DNA of 64,000 nucleotides, taken from NCBI GenBank assembly GCA_965207075.1, contig CBDBLO010000002.1, positions 672,001 through 736,000 of the forward strand. The letters are read 5' to 3'. Each line of letters begins with the position of its first letter. Position 1 is the stretch's first letter. The translations under genes and the position numbers were made by a program. This document shows, piece after piece, positions 59,967-64,000 of the stretch. The notes below the pieces were generated by a model, which was given only the letters and a program-made list of their open reading frames with translations, was not told the origin of the DNA and did no database searches. The DNA is from Nitrosopumilus sp. (GTDB lineage: Archaea; Thermoproteota; Nitrososphaeria; Nitrososphaerales; Nitrosopumilaceae).

Positions 59967-60836
59967 ATGAGCGGTTCCAAATCATTACAAGAACAACTTG
60001 AATTAATCAACGAAAACATTTCAGCTAGTACTTTGACTAAATATGGATATTGTTATTATGAACTATTGTCGAAATTGCACCTTCTTCTCGTAAAAAACAA
60101 AATTAGAAAGGCATACTATGACGATAAAACCCTAATAAACCCAGAATATTTTGAGGATAGTCATGATATTGATTCCGTAATAATTAAACATATGGGACCA
60201 GATGCTAAAATACAACTTAATTCATTGCGTCATTTGAAACAAGCGTCCTCAAAAATGAATCTAAAAAGTTACGAAGCGACACATAGTTACTTTTATTTGA
60301 ATCAAAATGAAATAGTTCCAAACCATATCCTCGATAAATTTTGTAGAAGTAGAGGTTTTGGAAGAAATATCTGGGTTTATGATGATCCCGGCATAAAAAA
60401 CGATATAGATGACGTAATTCAAGGTAATATTCGCATCGGCGATCTTTTAGAATATCCAAAATGCTGTGTAGATTGGTTAGTTGAAACACAGACAAAATCA
60501 TTAATTGACTGTTATTGTCTTTCTATTAGCACAGCTCTCGCACAACTTAGCGATAGTGCTACTGTAGGGTTTTTGCTGGATTATTACCAAACAGATCATG
60601 TTCCGAATAACGAAGAAACAATTCAAAGCATAAGAAAGAATCATGTTAGAAAAACGATTTCAAAATATCCGTTTGTTTTTCACCATGCATGTAGATCTTG
60701 TTTAAAAAATTCAAATTCACCTACCGCAAAACTGGATCAAAGATATGGCAGATTTGCCCGTAGCATATCTCAAGAATTTTATCAACAACTAGTTAATGAG
60801 TCAAAAAAAATGGTTAAAGACCATGATAAATTATGA
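59967..60836 (+). CDS. DUF483-like Cys-containing protein
   Basis: IGDLLEYPKCCVDW and FHHACRSC. AT-rich, directly after DUF5131. Confidence 0.65.
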   Translation: MSGSKSLQEQLELINENISASTLTKYGYCYYELLSKLHLLLVKNKIRKAYYDDKTLINPEYFEDSHDIDSVIIKHMGPDAKIQLNSLRHLKQASSKMNLKSYEATHSYFYLNQNEIVPNHILDKFCRSRGFGRNIWVYDDPGIKNDIDDVIQGNIRIGDLLEYPKCCVDWLVETQTKSLIDCYCLSISTALAQLSDSATVGFLLDYYQTDHVPNNEETIQSIRKNHVRKTISKYPFVFHHACRSCLKNSNSPTAKLDQRYGRFARSISQEFYQQLVNESKKMVKDHDKL

Positions 60837-61135
60837 GGCCGTGTGAGAACTAGCCTGCAGGATCGGAAGTCGAGTACGGCCAAGAGCAAAAGTTCGTGAG
60901 CAAACATTTGTTCTAAACAGAATTTTTATTAATTATATTGATCGGCACACCTGTGGTTTAAATATACAAGGAAGAGTTCAAACAGGGCAAGCCATAACGG
61001 ATCAAGACCGGCGCGGTCAATCTGCACAGGTGCCCTCGCAAAACCCCTGAAAACGCTTGAGTGTTACTTTATTCGTAAGCGACTTGTCGGCACCATGCAG
61101 AAAAATACATTGGCATAACCGCTTAAAAACAAGCT

Positions 61136-62758
61136 GTGGATGGTGTCTTGTTGACAAGCGGAGACAACTACGTCATCTGTAGGTTCGACGACCAGGCGCC
61201 GGATCCGGACGTGGTCCAAGAGTATCTGGTCGGGCAGACGGGTGCAAAGGCCCGTGTCTTTATCACCAGAGACGGTCGCTACATCATTAGGGAGCCGCCC
61301 CTCACCACGCGCGCCGAGGCCGCGTACAGGCGGCTCATGCAGAACATACACCACTCCTTCACGTACCAGGACATATCCAGTGACGACGTCATACCGCTGC
61401 TAAAGCGCACGCTCGAAGAGGAGTCAAAGGCGACAAACGACTTTGAGGTGTGGAAGCGCGAAAAAGAGGCAGTCGAGTATTACCTGGTCCGGGACGTGGC
61501 GGGGTACGCCGAGCTCGACGTCCTGATAAGGGACCCGCACATAGAGGACATCCTGTGCCTACACTGGAACAAACCCGTGGCAGTGGTGCACCGCGAGCAT
61601 CCGCACCACACCTTGCTGGGCACGAACGTGGTATTCCAGACCGAATCGGCGCTGGAGCGACTCATCCAGCGCATATCGCAAAAGTACGGCGAACCGCCGA
61701 GTGAAACCCGTCCCATGACCTCGTTTTCCGACGAAAACGGGATACGCTACACGTTCACCGGAAACAGAATAATTACGCCGGACAGCCCGACCGCGTCCAT
61801 CAGAAAGCCGTCCGTATCTGCCGTCACCATATGCCACCTGCTGCAGAGCGGCCTGCTCTCGGTGCTGGCGGCCTCATATCTCTGGTGCATCATGGACCTC
61901 AAGGGGTTCGGCCTGGTAATCGGGGCGCCGTCGGCCGGCAAGACCACCATGATAAACGCCATATTTACCATGTCAAACCCCAACTGGCACTATTTCACCA
62001 TAGAGGACGTGCTGGAGCTGAAGGTGCCGCACCAGTACGTCAGCAGGCACCAGACCACCACCAACTCGTCGCTGCACGGGGAGCAGAGCGCGTCTGCAGC
62101 AACATCCGGCGGCAACAGCAACGCGGGAGCCGTGGCAGGCTTTGGCGTCTTTGACCTGTGCAGGCTGTCCATGAGGTTCCGCCCCGACTTTGTGGTGGTG
62201 GGCGAGATACTCGGACGGGAGGCAGACGGCCTGTTCCAGGCCGCCGCGTCCGGGTCGGGATGCATGTGCTCGTTCCATGCAAGCAGTGCGGAGCACGCCC
62301 TGACCAGGCTGGAGGCCCCGCCCATATCGCTCTCAAAGTCGCAGACATCTCTGCTCACCTACATACTTCACATGTCGTGGGTGCTGCACGACAACAAGAG
62401 GCAGCGCAAGCTCATATCCATAACGGAGATCGCCACCGAGCGGGACGGTGGCCACGTTGCGGGCGCGTCGTGCGCGGCGGATACGGGCGCAACAGCCGAC
62501 AGCAACCACGATACCAAGATGTTGAACACTCTGTTCTGGTACGATCCCGAACGAAACCGCGTCATGCCGGACAATCTGGACGAGATCATCGAAAAAAGCA
62601 CCGTTTTGCCGCGCATGGAGGTCATGCTGGGCGTCGACGACATCAGGCACGACATGGAGCGCCGCATGCATATTTTGGAGCGCATACGCGACGAGAATAT
62701 TGCCGCGGTACCAGACATACACGACGCGATAAACGGCTTTTACCACTCCGACTCCTGA
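61136..62758 (+). CDS. VirB11/type II-IV secretion ATPase
   Basis: DPHIEDI, SIRK, GAPSAGKTT, TIEDVLEL, MRFRPDFVVVGEI, SFHA. Confidence 0.92.
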   Translation: MDGVLLTSGDNYVICRFDDQAPDPDVVQEYLVGQTGAKARVFITRDGRYIIREPPLTTRAEAAYRRLMQNIHHSFTYQDISSDDVIPLLKRTLEEESKATNDFEVWKREKEAVEYYLVRDVAGYAELDVLIRDPHIEDILCLHWNKPVAVVHREHPHHTLLGTNVVFQTESALERLIQRISQKYGEPPSETRPMTSFSDENGIRYTFTGNRIITPDSPTASIRKPSVSAVTICHLLQSGLLSVLAASYLWCIMDLKGFGLVIGAPSAGKTTMINAIFTMSNPNWHYFTIEDVLELKVPHQYVSRHQTTTNSSLHGEQSASAATSGGNSNAGAVAGFGVFDLCRLSMRFRPDFVVVGEILGREADGLFQAAASGSGCMCSFHASSAEHALTRLEAPPISLSKSQTSLLTYILHMSWVLHDNKRQRKLISITEIATERDGGHVAGASCAADTGATADSNHDTKMLNTLFWYDPERNRVMPDNLDEIIEKSTVLPRMEVMLGVDDIRHDMERRMHILERIRDENIAAVPDIHDAINGFYHSDS

Positions 62759-62872
62759 CGACGACCTATGCATGGACGGGCAGAATTACAGGTCAGGCCC
62801 GTGACACGGCAGATCCGCCTTCCGTCATTCCTGCGCCAAAACCTTAATGAGTCTGCCCGTCCCCACTAATCC

Positions 62873-64000
62873 GTGAAGACGACCTTGTTTCTGGGCGCGG
62901 GCGCGTCGGTGCTTGCAGGGATGCCGACAACAAAAGGCCTGATTGACGAGGTACGGGATCGCGTACTTAATCACGAAGCATGGGAGAGTCGGGAGGCGAA
63001 AGCTCTGGCCGAAAACATCATGACTGAGCATAGCAAGAAGGACGTCGAGAAATTATACGAGAGAATCCACCGCATGATTAGCGCCGAGAAACTGCATCGG
63101 GCCATAGCATCGTACAAGATAACGCATAACGCAAGCGGCCCGTCAAGACGTCGGATACAAACCACTGAATCACCATATGGTTCGGACAACATAACCGCAG
63201 TAGAGGAAACCACAGACATTGACGAAACCATAAGGGCCCTCGAATCACTGGAGACGGCCATACGCAACACGCTGCTGGCCAGCCTCATGGTCAAACAGGA
63301 GCGTTTTGATGCAGTAGTGTCCACATACAACAAATTGTTCACGTTCGTATCCCGCAACATAGTTACGACCAACTTTGACAACGTGCTGGAAGCCTACTGC
63401 GCACAGGCGGGACTGGATCTTGTGGACGGCTTCGAGAGATCACCGCTCGGCGACATGCGGACGTGGGGGGACGTGTGGGAGGATGCGGAGAACGCGCTAC
63501 ATTTGCTCAAACTGCACGGTAGCACAACGTGGCAGAAGGACGATGACGGAGCCGTGCTACAAATTGGCAGGCCGGGCCTGCGCAGCACGGACAGGGATGT
63601 CATGATAGCCCCCACGCTTGGCACGAAGGATTACAGCGACAGCATATTTCCCGCGTTGCTGGAGAGGTTCAAAAAAGTATTGGACGAAACCGAGACACTC
63701 ATAGTGGTGGGGTTCTCGTTCAGGGATCCCGAAATCACGCAGACGCTTCAGCGTCACCTCAGGCGCACCAACAAAAGCCGCGATCCCATGAATCTCTTGT
63801 GTGTGGATCCGAACCTAGATGGGGTGAAGACGTTGTTTAGTTCAAATGTCGAGACGAATTCGGTGTGGGGGCCGAGAAAGGATATGTTGTGGCATTTTGA
63901 TTCAGATAAAATGCCGTACGTGTATGCGTACCAAGTTGAGTTTGGCCTGGACATTATACAATCCTTGGAAAACGTATTGGAGATCGTAGATAGTGAATAC
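62873..64000 (+). CDS. SIR2-like domain protein (runs off the window; not in the ORF track)
   Basis: LFLGAGAS..GMPT, IVTTNFD, LLKLHGS, VVGFSFRD. Confidence 0.9.
   Translation, partial: MKTTLFLGAGASVLAGMPTTKGLIDEVRDRVLNHEAWESREAKALAENIMTEHSKKDVEKLYERIHRMISAEKLHRAIASYKITHNASGPSRRRIQTTESPYGSDNITAVEETTDIDETIRALESLETAIRNTLLASLMVKQERFDAVVSTYNKLFTFVSRNIVTTNFDNVLEAYCAQAGLDLVDGFERSPLGDMRTWGDVWEDAENALHLLKLHGSTTWQKDDDGAVLQIGRPGLRSTDRDVMIAPTLGTKDYSDSIFPALLERFKKVLDETETLIVVGFSFRDPEITQTLQRHLRRTNKSRDPMNLLCVDPNLDGVKTLFSSNVETNSVWGPRKDMLWHFDSDKMPYVYAYQVEFGLDIIQSLENVLEIVDSEY

Overview
Archaeal DNA, most consistent with a GC-rich Nitrososphaerota (Thaumarchaeota) genome, possibly an animal or sponge symbiont. 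This is inferred from the two-intron tRNA-Trp, AglB, thaumarchaeal-type hypothetical proteins, a serpin and a DUF285/BspA surface protein. Layout: (i) 1-7.2 kb holds small accessory ORFs, tRNA-Trp, aconitase, Lrp, EVE and a structured ncRNA. (ii) 7.2-9.8 kb is a transposase-less IS6-type element carrying a sulfotransferase, with a decayed IS110 inserted inside its right TIR. (iii) 9.9-26.2 kb is a glycosylation locus (GTs, nucleotide-sugar dehydrogenase, UDP-sulfoquinovose synthase, AglB). (iv) 26.3-36.4 kb is an accessory tract (IS630-split PRTase+DprA, BspA, TA pairs, serpin) punctuated by three ~80-bp direct repeats that end in a tRNA 3'-end-like core. (v) 36.4 kb to the end is a tyrosine-integrase conjugative-type integrated element (pilin-like, ParM-like, VirD4-like, VirB11-like, repeat-rich non-coding hub, divergent RHH pair). 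It contains a second IS6-type cargo element, an IS3-split cupredoxin, an AT-rich TcmP/DUF5131/radical-SAM cluster and a SIR2-domain gene. Best leads: the IS110 whose leader contains a guide-like copy of the IS6 TIR it sits in; the two TSD-flanked IS6-type cargo transposons; and the att-like repeat array beside the integrase. All family assignments come from motif recognition by eye. No searches were run.
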